NCBI GenBank assembly: GCA_016748015.1
Contig: JAAOMT010000664.1
Coordinates: 1,298,047-1,362,046, forward strand
DNA length: 64,000 nucleotides
Source: Geosiphon pyriformis uo1
Lineage: Eukaryota; Fungi; Glomeromycota
Direction: 5' to 3'
The notes beneath the pieces were generated by a model. The model had not been told where the DNA came from. It worked only from the letters and a program-made list of their open reading frames with translations, and did not search any database. Position numbers and translations under genes: made by a program. Below are positions 39,305-53,295 of the stretch, in pieces (position 1 is the stretch's first letter; every line of letters starts with the position of its first letter).

Positions 39305-40318
39305 GAATAATTATTAATCATATAAGTAATTAAATCAAAATTTCAAATTGTTTTAAGTTTTAAATTATCATCAATTGTGTAAATAATCAAGTTAAAGTTT
39401 TAAATTGTCTTAAGTTTTAAATTATTACTAATTTTGTAAATAATTAAGCTAAAGTTTTAAATTGTATTAAGTTCTAAATTATTATTGATTATATAAATAA
39501 TCAAGTTAAAGTTTTGAATTGTTTTAAGTTTTAAATTATAATTAATTTTATGAATAATTAAGTCAGAGTTTTAAATTGCTCTAAGTTTTAAATTATTATT
39601 AATTATATAAATAATCAAATTAGAGTTTTAAATTGTTTTAAGTTCTAAATTATTATTAATTATATAAGTAATTAAGTTAAAGTTTTGAATTGTCTCAAGT
39701 TTTAAATTATTAGTAATCTTATAAGTAATCAAGTCAGAGTTTTAAATTGCTCTAAGTTTTAAATTATTATTAATTATATAAATAATTAAGTCAAAGTTTC
39801 AAATTGTTTTAAGCTCTAAATTATTACTAATTATATAAATAATCAAGTTAGAGTTTCAAATTGTTCCAAGTTCTAAATTATTATTAATTGTATAAGTAAT
39901 TAAGTTAGAGTTTTGAATTGTTTTAAGTTTTAAATTATTATTGATTATATAAATAATTAAGTCAGAGTTTTAAATTGTTTTAAGTTTTAAATTATCATTA
40001 ATTGTATGAATAATTAAGTCAAAGTTTTGAATTGTCACAAGTTTTAAATTATTTTTAACTTTGTGAATAATTAAATTAAAGTTTTGAATTGTTCTAAGTT
40101 CTAAATTATTATTAATTATATAAGTAATTAAGTCAAAGTTTTAAATTGTCTTCAGTTCTAAATTATTATTAATTATATAAGTAATTAAATTGGAGTATTG
40201 AATTATTCCAAGTTTTAAATTATTATTAATTGTATAAATAATTAAATTAGAGTTTTAAATTGTTTTAAATTTTAAATTATTATCAATTATATAAGTAATC
40301 AAATCGAATTTTTGAATT
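39305..40318. repeat. Tandem array, 57-bp unit, ~18 copies, no indels
   Basis: AAATTAT unit starts at 39362, 39419, 39476 ... 40217, 40274 (exact 57-bp period). Units differ almost only by C/T and G/A. Confidence 0.95.
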
Positions 40319-42089
40319 AGCTCTATATAATTAGAATTTTAATTGTACTTTTCTTTTGTTTTTTAATTCTATTATATTTAATTGCAAAAAACATAGTATT
40401 TTTTTAGCTTGTATTCTGCAAAATTATAAGAATACTACACTTTATAATAAGTTTATAGTACTTAATTAATATTATGCAAATAATAAAAACCAATTAAAAA
40501 CTATAAAACACTTTAAGAAAAACAGTTTTTTATATATAAAACAGCCTCTAATTTCAGTTTGAGTCAAAAATAAACCAAATTTTTATGTATAAACAAATAC
40601 AATGCATAATTTAATTAGCAAATATATATGTACAGTATATAATCTTGATTTTAATAAAACATTTGTTATCTTTGTTTAAGAGGCAAAATTATGTAAAATA
40701 ATATTTAGTAAAAATATAATTTGAACTACTAATATAAAGTTCTATAATTAATTAAATATTTTAGAAAATAAGTGCCAAAAACTATTTAATAGCTGGCTTA
40801 AGAGCTTTAAAAATCATGTTAAATTGTATTTACTTTGCTTTTATAATAATATATTATTAGCTAATATTAAGCATATTAAAGATAAATAAGTATATGTAAT
40901 AATATTTCTTATTAATTAAAAATTATGTGATATTTTTAACATAGATAAAATTATACTATTTTATGTTATATTATCAAATTGAAATTTTGTTATAATATTA
41001 TGTTATGATATCAAATAATAAAAAATATGATTTATATTTATTTTTATAATTAATGCTAATAGAACTGAGTATTTGTCACTACTTATTATTAGTTATATTA
41101 AATATCTATGCTGTTTTTAAAAGAAAACAGGAAAACAACTTGATTTTCAATATTATTTAAACACTTGTGCTTAGATAATTAATGATATTTTTAATAATAA
41201 CTTATTAATTAGAACAATTAACTACATAAAAAAACTAAAACATATTGTTATTAGTAGACAATTTTATTAATTACAACTATAATATAAAATTTATTACAAA
41301 AATTTATATAAAATAGTTTGTATTTGACTTAACTGTATATATTCAATTTATAGATACTAAAATTATTTATTGTTTTAAGACATATTATTATTACTATTTT
41401 TTTTACTGTACATTAAATTTTTTTAATAATAATGCCAATAATATTTATGTAATTAACTAATTTTAAGCAATATATTTAATTTATAAAACATAAAAAAATA
41501 TTTTAAATAAAATATTTATTAATTGTTAATACAAAGTTGATATTTTTTTAATTAATATAATGACAACTTTTAAAATAAAACTGCAAACTTAAAAATAATA
41601 ACTAATTATAATCAAATAATAATATTAAAAAAGATTAAGAATTGTTATAAAAAGTTCAATTACATATAGTTAAATTATATATACTTATTAATTGAAAAAT
41701 TGGTAAATCTATTTAAAAAAAATAATACAATTAATTTAGAATATTTGAATAATAATAAGATTGCAAATTATATTATAATAAATTGTAAAACAAAACATAA
41801 TAGCTTTAATAAAAAACAAAAAATACAGAAAGTAATAAGTATAAAAAATATATTAACTGCTATTACAAATTTTGAACAGTTAATAAAACTTGAAAATAGC
41901 AAAAAATTTTATAATATAGTTAGTAAATTTGCTTATGCTAAATATATATTTTATAAAAAAATACAAAATAAACAAAAATAAACAACTCTTATAAGTTTTT
42001 TTAATATTATATAAACTATTTAAAGATTCTTATAAGAATATATAAATAAATTTATTTTTTAATAATATTATATAAAAAATACTTTTTGT

Positions 42090-44330
42090 TTTCTTAATTT
42101 TATGATCACAACTAAAGCAAAAAGTAAAAAAACTGCATTTATTATCTCTTTTAAAATATCTAATAAAGTTTTAATTAAAGAAGTTTTTTCTGTTATAAAA
42201 ACTGCTAAACAAAATATTTTAGAAGTTTTTTTTTTAAATATTAGTAATAAAAAGCTGTTTTTAGTGGCTTTTAAAGCATTTTTCTTATTTTTGGATGGTT
42301 TTTTATCAGTCAAAGTTCTTCCAAAAAATACATTTGGATTAGTTCTAATATTGTTTTCATTTTTACCAAAAGCCCAAAAGTTTTTAATAATAGACCAGTT
42401 AACAAACTGGTTTTTTTAACTATTACTATTATATTTAATATTATTAATATTATTTCTTTAAAAATAACCAGAAAAACCAAAAATTTCAAAAAATAAAAGC
42501 AATTACTTACTTTGTTATTGTTATACCAAATTTTTTTGTGGTTTTAAATAAAATTTTTATTATATTATCTAGCATATTATCAGCCAAAATTAACTATTGG
42601 TTGTGCTATCAAATGTGATTTTTTTCAACAGATTATTACTAGTTTTAAAAACAAAATAACAGTCTTTGTTAGAATATCTATTCTTAAAAACTGGACTAAT
42701 TAAATAAAAACTAAATTATTTTTTCTGCTGATTTTTGGTGCTGCCACTAGTGGTGCTTAAAAAACTATCTCTAGTTATTAAAGATTTGCTAAATAAGTAG
42801 CCTTTATTTTAATACTTGGTGCTATTTTTAAGATTAAAATAGCTCATATTAAGACTGTTTTTTAATCTGTAATGGTTTTTTGAATGTAAAATTAGTATTA
42901 AAGAACAATATAAAGCTTTTCTATATGGAGTTTGCTTTTTAAAAATCTTTAAAAGCTGTTTTTTTAGTTGAGTTTACAAGCTCTGTTTGTTTAATCACTC
43001 TTAAAATTGCCAAATCTTTGGTGATTATTGAAATTAGTTTTCTTTTTGCTGTTGTTATACTGCATAATATGTCTTTAAATATATCTGCTACTAATATTAA
43101 AATAGCACTTGGTGTTTTTGGTAAAATTGTTTATATTGTGCTAAAACCTATTAATGTTTGGCAATATGTCATTGTTTATTTAAAAAATTAAATGCTGTAT
43201 CTGTTCTGAATTATTAATCAGTATTGGTAAGCAAAAATAGTATTAGAATTCTCTTTTTAATAAATCAAAATAAGACTATTCTGTTCTGTAATAGATTTAA
43301 GGCCAAATTAGTCAACTTTTTTTTGGCTGTATTGCTTTTAAAATTAGTAATATAATCTTTTAAATTAGTGGTTAGACATATTTTATCTTTCACTCTTCTG
43401 ATTTTGGTCATCATTTTTGGTTTGCTTTAGTAATTTTTAGATCTCAAGCTGATTTGAATGCTGCTGTTGTCAAGACTAGCATTCTGAAAAAGTGCTATAT
43501 TTGGTAAAAAACTTCTGAAAATTGGCACTGCTTTAAGTATTAAAATTCAGATTATTTGGTTTCAAACTATAAAATGTTTTTATTTTTTTTTTAGGTCTTT
43601 CAAGATTTTTGTATCATGTTTTGTGAGTGCTAAGTCTTATGCTAAAACTGCTGTATTTTTATTTGGTTCTGTTTCTATGTCTTTAACTGCTCCAATTTTT
43701 TCTGTTATTATTGTTAGTAATCTTATAGTTTTTTTTTAATTGGCTTTTTTAAAGTTGAATTTGGTCAAGCTTATAGTATTAATTAAGTTAATTACTGGCT
43801 TATTGGTTTTTTGGTTATTGTATTTAAGCAGTTTATCAAGAGTGATTTTACTTTAAGCAGTGTTTTTAGTTTTAAGATTAATAAGCTTATGATTTATTTA
43901 GTTTTTTAACAAGATTGTGAAAAAAAATTGTTTTATTAAAAAAAAACTGCTATATAGAAAATATTGATATATCTGATAATTTAAAGTGTTTAATTGTTGT
44001 TAATAATAATATATTTTCTAATTTAATGTCTCTTTTAATACATACATTTGATGATATTAAAACTGATCTTTTGAAAACAGCTAAATAATTGGTCAAATTA
44101 GTTTTCTGTAATATTATATTATTTAATATAATTCAAAAGATATCAAGTTTTGAATAAATTTTCTTTTATAATATTAATATTATATAGTTTAAACTGGCTT
44201 AAATAGTTAATTATATATAGAAAATGTGTGAACTTTATTTAATTTTGAAGCATTTAGTTTGCTTTTAATTTCTAGATATTGATTAGATTATGCTTATTAA
44301 ATCTTATAATAAAAAAAATACTATATATAC
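42090..44330 (+). mobile_element. 5' part (ORF1 and start of ORF2) of a second LINE family, decayed
   Basis: ORF 42102-42419 MITTKAKSKK..., RRM-like relic (IALGVFGKIVYIVLKPINVWQYVIVY) and zinc-knuckle relic (HCFKY*NSDYLVSNYK) at ~43525. Same T/G-rich coding strand as the other LINEs. Confidence 0.65.
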
Positions 44331-45059
44331 TTAAATCTAAAAAAACTCATAATAATCTATAGTAATTTATATTTATTAAAAATATAAATTATCTCAAATT
44401 TAACTATATTTAAGCTAATTAAAACCAATTATCTATTATTATTTTTTTAATTAGCAATACTAAACAAAAATATTATTAACTATATTAATAAAATTTTAAT
44501 ATTTAAAATCACAAAATTAGTATTTTTTATTAAATTACTTTTTTTATACTTTATTTATAACTTTAAGTTTAACAATTAAATTAACTTTTTGTAAATTATT
44601 GCAAAATTATAAACCAAATTCACAATATTTATAACAATAAATATTAATCTAACTAATTTTTTTTTAAATTTAAAGAATTAATTATTAAATTTTAAATTTT
44701 TAACTTTAAATATATTAAAAAATATTTAAAAAACTATAAATAAAAATTAAATATTAAATTTAAAAAATTAAATATTAAAACAATTTTTAAAAACAATTTT
44801 TTTAATCTGCTTATTTTTACTATAAAAAATAAATAATTTAATGTTTTTATATTTTTTATTTTAAACAAGTAAACTTAAACAATTAAAATAATATAGTTTT
44901 TTTTAATTATAATTAATAACTTTTTATATAAAGCTAATAAACTTGTAACTTATAAATTCAACTTAAAAAAACTGTTAAAATATTATATTAAAATATATTT
45001 AATTTAATTAATTAACTTAATTAATAAGATATTAATATATTATAAATTTTTTAATAAAT

Positions 45060-47571
45060 ATAATATATTATATTAAATTTTTTTTTAATAAGTAAGATCT
45101 AAATACTATTTAATATAATATATTAAATTAAATAATCTAAACTAGACATAAATTATGTTTTTACTACATATAATTAATTATTTAAGCCAGTTAAAATAAT
45201 ATTATACTATTATATAAACAAAAATTATATTACTAATATCAAAAAAAAACATAAAACATATGTGTTAAAACCAATACCAAAAATTTCAATTATATTAAGC
45301 AATTTAATAATATTTTATAACAATATAATTAAAAGATTACAGATAAAAAAAACATCAAACTATTCAATAAAATTAAACTTAGTTTTTTTATAATAATATA
45401 ATATTTTAACAAACAAATTATATTCTATTCTTATAAACCAAAACTAAATTATACACAAAATTTATAATTTTATTAATAGCAATTTTAAAATCCTTAGAAA
45501 TAAAGATAAATTTTAAATATTAGTCTTTAAAAATAAAATTTTTATATAAAACAGTATATATTACAATATTAAATAAACATAATAATAATAACTAAAATAT
45601 ACAAAATAAGAATTTGCATAAATTAAAAAAAAAATTTTACACAATAATCTAAAAATTCAGTATATTTTATAAATAACAAAGTTTATTATATAGAAAAAAA
45701 AATTAAAAAACTTATATTATTATAAAACAAATACAATATACTATAATATTGTTTATTATATAAATATTTATATACAGATATAGACAATTAATAATACAAA
45801 GCTTTTATAAAGTAAAAACAAATATTAGCAGTAATTTAACTTATATAATTAGCCACTATATAAGAATCTAAGTATTATACTTAAAAAAATTGATTCAATT
45901 TATGTTTCTAATTAAATTTTGGTTTAAGCCTTTATTTTACAACCAATTTTTTAATAGACATAGTGTATAGCTTAAAATATTTTACAAATAAAATGCTTTA
46001 TATTTACAAAAATACATATACTATTAACTTTAAAATTTTTTTTGAATAATAGCCAAAAACACTATGTTTAAAAAAAATACAGTTTTAATTAGTATATTAG
46101 CTTTATTATTACCAAAAATTTTAAAATAGCTCTTAATTTTAGCCCAAAACATAATCAGTTTTTTTTTGATAATATTTACAATATGATATTATTATATTTA
46201 ACAATAATTATAAAAGTCAAATAACATTAAAACTACTTTTAAAAAGCATATATTTAAAGCTATTTAACTATTAAAAATTATTGTAATTATACAAAAAAAA
46301 ATACACTTTAAAGCCAATGTAATAATCTGTAACTTAACTATTGTAAACAAAACCAAACCAAAAACTTTGGCTTTAATATTCAGATTTAAATTATTAAAAA
46401 ATAATATAGTATTAGTTTTTATGTTTATTAAACTCAAATTTTTTAAAAAGCTATTAGTAGAAACAAAAAAACATAAAAGATTGATATTTAACAACTTATT
46501 ATACATTTAACAAAATTTATTTAAACTTAAAACACTTAAAAGTTGAGTATTTGCTACAGAAAAAAAAGATATTTAAGAATTTGTTAAAAAATCTAAATAT
46601 ACAACTGTTAAAACAAATCAGATAAAAATTAGTCTATAAAAGTCCAGTTGTTTTTAATGTTAAAAGTTTTTTCAATTAAAAATTTTATCTTTTTTATTAT
46701 ATAACTGCTTAATAAAAGTAATGTTAAAATATTTAATTAAGTAATAAATATTAAAAAAAACAGAATTATCAAAAATTACAATCATTAAAGTATTCTTAAT
46801 AAACCTAAATACTAAAGACAAAATATTATACAAAAACAAATTATAATCACAAAAAATTCTGATTACATTAATCAAAAATTTTTAATTAGATTAATATTAA
46901 AACAAACAAAAAAAAACAAAAAATAGTAAAAAAACCAATTTAATATTTAAAAATTCAAAGATCTATGATCAAACAAATAGCCCAAAATACCATAAGCATT
47001 TGAAAAACTTAAGTAAAAGCCAACTTATATTTAATTTATACTTGCTTAAAAAACTTTAAGTCATATAAAAAAAAAGTAATAAATTATATTACTTGAAAAG
47101 TCCAAAAACAGACCAGCTTTTGATTTTAAATTCTTTTAAATTAAAATATCTTACTCATTGTATACAACAATTAAACAAAATTAAATTAGGTTTTATAACT
47201 GATGATAAAATATAAAACCATTAAAACCAAATAAAAAAATTGTTTATTAATTATAATTTTTTTTAAAATTTTGTTTATAAAAAATCTAATATCTAAATAA
47301 GTCGTAATTAGACTGAATTTTAACAACTTATTTGTAAACACAAAAATACTTAAGTATTTATGAACTTTTTTTTTGGCAATTAAAATAAACGAACTGCTAA
47401 TTATTAAAAAAAGAGTGCTAACTCTATAATTAATAAGAATAGTTACTGTTTTATAATTATTAATTAAAATATTGCTAATTCCAAAAAAGTTATTTTTAAT
47501 ATCTAAAATGCATTAAATTATAGCTTAACTATATTTTACTCAAATTATATTATTAACAAAAACACTAACAA
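45060..47571 (-). mobile_element. 3' half of a LINE relic, cut at the RT FVDD motif by an LTR insertion
   Basis: 3' UTR relic 45080-45210. RNase H relic 46264-46506 (VKLQIITLALKCI). VSVFVNNII*V (=AGAFVDDTIWV) at 47570-47535. Confidence 0.75.
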
Positions 47572-48965
47572 TATTATTAACTAAAATTTGAGATATTATT
47601 TAACATAAATTAGCTTTTTAATTTCTATTATTAATTAGCATATATTATTATTTTAATTTATTACTTATTATTTTATTAAATTATCCAAATTATTATTTAA
47701 TTAATAACCTAATTTGTACAAAACACAAATAAAACCAAATTGCAATGATTAAATTATGTAATATAATGAACTATATAACATTAAAAATTTGCCAAAATAT
47801 TTAGTAATTTACCAAAATATTCAACAATTTACTAAAATAATTCATAGTTTATAGAAATAATTTGTAATTTGACAAAATATATCTTTAATTAACCAAAAAA
47901 TTTAAAAAAAAAATACTAAATTATAACAACAAGTTGTATAAAAAAAACTTTTTTTTTTCAAAAAAATGTAATTTAATTATAATTAATATCTTCTACTAAA
48001 TATTTTAATCAAAATTATTTTTTTACAAATCAATTACAATAAAACTTGTTTTAAAAACATAAAAATTTATAATTATTTTTGTTTAAAATTGATTAGTTAC
48101 TAATTTTAGTAATTATTAGTAATTTCTAAGCTTAAATTTAAAATAACTTTCTTAATATATTTTTTCTTTTTTCTTCTTTAATTTATTTTATTTTATCTTT
48201 TATTTTATTTTTTTTATATTATTGAAAAATCTAGAATTAAGATTTTTTTGTAAAAGAGTTGATTTTTACAGTAAAATAACTACACACAATTTTAAAGAGC
48301 ATATAGACAAATTTTTTTGGAAAAAAGTTGACATTTTTTTTCTGCAAAGTAACTATATAAATAATTAGCATAAAATTGGCTATTATAAGCCCAACAATAT
48401 ATACAGTCCAAAGTATAGAAAAATATTTTGGAAAAAAATTAACTTATTAAAAATTTATCAATTTTTATCAACAGCAGAATTAACAACAAATTGATATTAA
48501 TAAAATCAAAAAAAAACAAAAAAACTTCTAGTAATATTTAGTGTTTTTTTAAGAATAATACAATAATAATTAAATTAAAATAACAATTACATCCAACATA
48601 ATAACTCTAAAATATTAACAGTTAATTTATACTTACTATAAACAATAATTTGGAATCTAAGATAAAATTACAGTTTTTAAAAAAACAATTTTTTAATACA
48701 TTGAAAATCGAATTAATAAATACTTTTTTGAAAATTACAATATTATAGAAGTTAAAAAAATTTTGTTTAAAAACTTAATTTATTACTTAAACAAAAATTT
48801 AAAAACTATTAGTACAAACACTTGTGCTATTTATTTTAAAAAACTTAACTATAATATCATTAAGTTTTGTGAAAAAAATATCTTGCCAACTTATAATTTG
48901 TTCTTAAACTTATGTTTAAGCTTAAAACAAGTAACAAAAGCAAATAAAAAAACACCTGTCTGTTG
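47572..48965 (+). mobile_element. Family 1 LTR (47572-48536), PBS relic and start of internal region
   Basis: Homologous to 11307-12262. Followed by tttagtgttt (decayed TTTGGTGC PBS). 48600-48930 matches the reverse complement of 16440-16750. Confidence 0.8.
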
Positions 48966-51900
48966 ACTCACTATTAAAAATTAATTTAATAAAATAGTTA
49001 TCAACTTTGATATTAATATATATAATAGTAATTTTGCTAAATAAAAAAGTTAGTTTAAAATCTTTTAATTTAAAAGAAAATATTATAACAAGTGATTTGT
49101 TTTCTGTAATTATAGCAGATAAAATATTGTTAATAAGTAGTGTTTTAGTGTTTTTGTGTTTTTTTAATTGTTAGATAAGTTGTTTACTAGAATGGTTAAA
49201 AAACTTAAATAACTTTAAAAATTTGGATTTTGGACATATTTACTTTCCAAATTTTATTGGCATAATTTTGTTTATTGATTTAATAAACTGGAAATTAGTT
49301 GATATATAATTATTACTAATTTTTAATTTTGTTAAGTATAAATAATTTTCAGTCTTTGATTTTTAGTAATTAATTAAGCTAAATTTTAAAGCAATATTTG
49401 AATTAATTGAGATTAATAAATTATTTGTGACTATAATAGTTAATAGATTATTTGGAACTATAGTATTTGATAAATAAAAAATACATATGATAACTGTTAT
49501 ATTATTGGCTAATAAGATATTTAATACTAAAATTTTTTCTGATTCTGGTTATAATTCGAAGTATAAAACCAGCAATTAAAATTTTAATATTAATTTCCCA
49601 ATTGTTAATTATCTATTTTGGTCTTATAATCTGTTTTTAAGTGTTTTTGTTTATAGTAATAATAACAAATATGCATTTTTGTTGTCATAATTGAGTTATT
49701 AATAAGATTAATGAAAATAAAAAATGTGATTGATTTTAGAATCAATTAAAATTTCTTTGTTTATTTTAATATTGTAAAGGTTAATAAATTGTTAAATTAT
49801 TAGTTAAGTATTTTTCTAATTTTTGATTAATAAATTTGCTAAACTGCTTTAATTTTAAGTCCAATTTAAATAATTTATCTATTATTAAATTTACAGCTTG
49901 AGCATAGTTGGCTTTAAGCTTGGCTAATTTAAAATCTTAGGCATATATAACTATATTTTAGAGAGTATTTGGGTATAATAGACATATTTATTGTAATAAA
50001 CTACTGTATAATCTATAAATAAATTGGTTTAAAATTTGTAGTACTGTAAAGTAATCTGTATTTATTGCTTGAATTTGGCACAAATTTCTATAAAAACATC
50101 TTGAGTATATGATAACTGCTTCAATGTTGTTTTGTTTAAGAGTAATGAATTCAGTTAATAGTTAATTGATATTATTGTAATTACTAAAATATTATAGGAA
50201 GTTTTATTTAAAAGTATTGAAACTCTGAAACTTATTAACTAAGCTTTAATACTACAAATTAACAGTATTTTATAAGAAATATGAAATGACTTAAAAGACT
50301 CTAGCATTGTCTTATCTATTGGCTGTAATAACTTTGGCTATATTGTTTAACTATACTTGAACATTGTTTTTTTTGCCAGTAAATTTCTCTAATTTGACAA
50401 TTAATATATATATTATTAGTACAAGTAGTTGTGATTGTAATTGTTAAGAAGCAGTTATTAGTACAATTAAAGAATTAATTCAGATAACTAAAAATAAGTT
50501 GTTAACAATAGAAGTAAAATTTAGATTGTTCAAGTTTATCTAAGTTTGAAAAATTGGAGTTTTGATTTCCAGTTTATTTGGGATTAGGTTTTGTTTATTA
50601 TTTTTTTGATTGCTGTTTTTTTTTCTTTTAATTTAGTGTCTGCTCAATTATTAGTGAATTCAAAATTTGGTTAATATAATAGTAATTGAAGTTTTAATAG
50701 CATTATTAGTTGTAATTTAAATTTTTCAAAGTAATTATTATAGGTTTTTAACAGTTTGAAATTTTTCTGATTGCTTTAAAACAAAACTTTTACAATAGTC
50801 GGTTTTGTTGTTGATAATAACACAAATTTTGATAGTATATTAATAATATTTTTTAGTATATAATAATAAAATAAATATAATAGAAAAACAACTCTGAGTT
50901 TCTTTTAGTTAATTGATTGTATTGATTTAAGTATACTTGCTAATATTTGTATTTTGTTTTTGTCTTTGTTTATAAATATGATTGAAAACTTTTGTTGAAT
51001 GTATCTTTTAATTTTACGATTTATTTAGTAATAATTGAAGTAAAATTGTAATTCTGTGATAAGTTAGTATATTAAAGTAATTTATTGTAAAAATTTTCTT
51101 TTGCTAATTTGAAATCTACTTGTTTCCTTAAAAAATATATAATTTTTTTATTAATATAGAAATTAAAGACTGATTTTGCTAAGAAACAATTGCTAGGTAT
51201 TTTTAACTATTGTTGATATTGTTAAAATAAAGATTTTGTAAATTCCAAGTGATTTGTTTTTATAACTTTTAAGTTTGCCATTTTTTTGAATAATTGATAA
51301 TAATGCTTTGTTCTCTGTTAAATTATATTTTATAGAAAGCATTAAATATTACAGATAATAGTTTGGGATATTAGAATAAATAACAAATCTGTAATTTGAT
51401 GCTCAATAACTAATTATGCTATTGATAGTTTCTAAAAATTTTTGGATTTGAAAATTTTGGTTGAGTTTTTATATAATAAACAGAGATCTACTTAATAGTT
51501 GTTTTTCTGAATTTTTTTTTCAACATAAAGATTAGTTTAATTTGGCAGCTATGCTTCTCTGGTAAGCTATCTTTAAGTTTTTACTCTTGTTTTACAAATT
51601 TTTTATTAGACTATCTTTGACATTAATTTTTTAGTGCTTAATTTCTTAATTAATTAGTAAACAACAAAAAAATAAAATAAAAAATAAAAAAAAATAAAAA
51701 ATTAATATTTTATCAATAGTCATAATTAAAAACTAGTGTGGTTAAGTGAAAAATGTTATTAGCATAAATTGTTAATAAAGTTAGGAAATAATAATGTTAA
51801 TTTAATAAAAAAAATAACATAAATTAGATGATAAAACAATAATTTTATTTGATATTTGGATAATTTTATTTTAAAGTATAGAAAACTATCTTTTAAAAAA

Positions 51901-52243
51901 AAATATATTATAAATATTTATTGTTAATTAACTAAAAATTTGTTTAGATCTGTAAATATATTTTTTCTTTTTAATACTACTGCTATATATACATAATTTT
52001 TATTATATGAAATTTTATATATTCCTATTTTTTTCTGTGCTACTTTCTAAAACTGTGCTTATTTCTAAACAATATACCATGATTTTTGAAAATATGTTGT
52101 AATTTTCTAATAATATGTTTATTTTTTGCAAATATATATATTTCTGAAAATCTGTTCATCTATTAAGTACTATTTTTTTATTAGCTTATTTTTATGATTT
52201 GTTTTTTTTATTTCTTTTTTGTATTCTTATTTTATAAGTAATA
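48966..52243 (-). mobile_element. Ty3/Gypsy family 2 relic: 5' LTR (52243-51347), PBS and gag
   Basis: PBS relic tttaatgctttct directly after the LTR. Gag relic 50410-49800: VKLEKFTGKKNNVQV*LNNIAKVITAN...FITLKQNNIEAVIIY...QILNQFI...KLKANYAQAVNL. Confidence 0.8.
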
Positions 52244-52458
52244 CTACTAATAATTTAGAACTTTTTCTCAGCATAATATTAATTGATAGTTGTAATTTTT
52301 TTAAAGTTATCTAATTATTTAATTAAATTTTATATATTACTTATAAATAAAGATAGTAGAATGTTATTTTTTTATTCTATAGCAGTTTATATGTCTTAAA
52401 AAACAGCCAAAATGTTTGCTTGTATTGAATTATTGGCTATTAATTTAAAAATAGCTGT

Positions 52459-53295
52459 TATTATAAATAATTATTTGGATTTTAGAATAAATAACAAACT
52501 TATAACTTAATACTAGATAAGTAATTATAAGGATAAATTCTGAAAATTTTCGTAATCTGAAAATTTTAGTTGAATTTTTTGTATAATAAACAGAGATTTA
52601 ATAACAAATAATTGGCGAAACTTAGTATTTAACTTTTTGGCATAATAATTAGTTTATTCTAATAAATATATTCTTTTAGTTAAGTAATTATTATTATTTA
52701 ATTTATGTTCTGTCTTAATATTTTTTACTAGATAATTTTTAATATTATAATTTTAGCGTTTTTTTTAATTACAACAAAATAAAGAAGATAAAAAAAATCA
52801 AGAAATTAGTATTCTGTTAATAACTATAATTAAGAATTATTGTTTTAGTATAGTTAAGTATTAGTTATTATTAGCATAAGCTGTTAATATAACAAAAAAT
52901 AATAAATAATTTAATCAAAAAATAATGATAATATGAATTAAATAGTAATTGCTAATTTTATTGATAAGTAAATAATTCTACTTTAAATAATAATAAATTA
53001 ACTTTTGAAATAAATAAATAAAAAAGTAAGTCTTAAATTTTTGTCAGTTTTTTTTCTTCTATTTTTACTGCTCTATAAATATAATTTTTATTATATAAAA
53101 TTTTTTAAAATTCTTGCATTTTTTTTATAAAGATTTTAGGAATTCTGAAATTTTGTGATTCTTATTAAAAATATTACTAAAATTCTGAAATTCTGAAATT
53201 CCAGTTGAAAAAAATTTCAGAATTTTTTTTTACTATACCCATTTCTAATTGGCTATTTATTCAATTTATTATTTTTTTTTATTATATAAATAATA
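52459..53295 (-). mobile_element. Solo LTR, family 2
   Basis: Homologous to 3134-3934. Termini have decayed to TA. Exact 4-bp TSD CTGT at 52455-52458 and 53296-53299. Confidence 0.8.

Noticed and set aside
39305-40318. CRISPR array
   Set aside because: Units are contiguous with no unique spacers, the context is eukaryotic, and there are no cas genes.
41700-41981. Short K/N/I/F-rich ORFs in AT tracts (also 11814-12020, 12693-12959, 16750-17007, 56702-56947, 59288-59578)
   Set aside because: They are compositional by-products of hypermutated TE relics, not credible genes.
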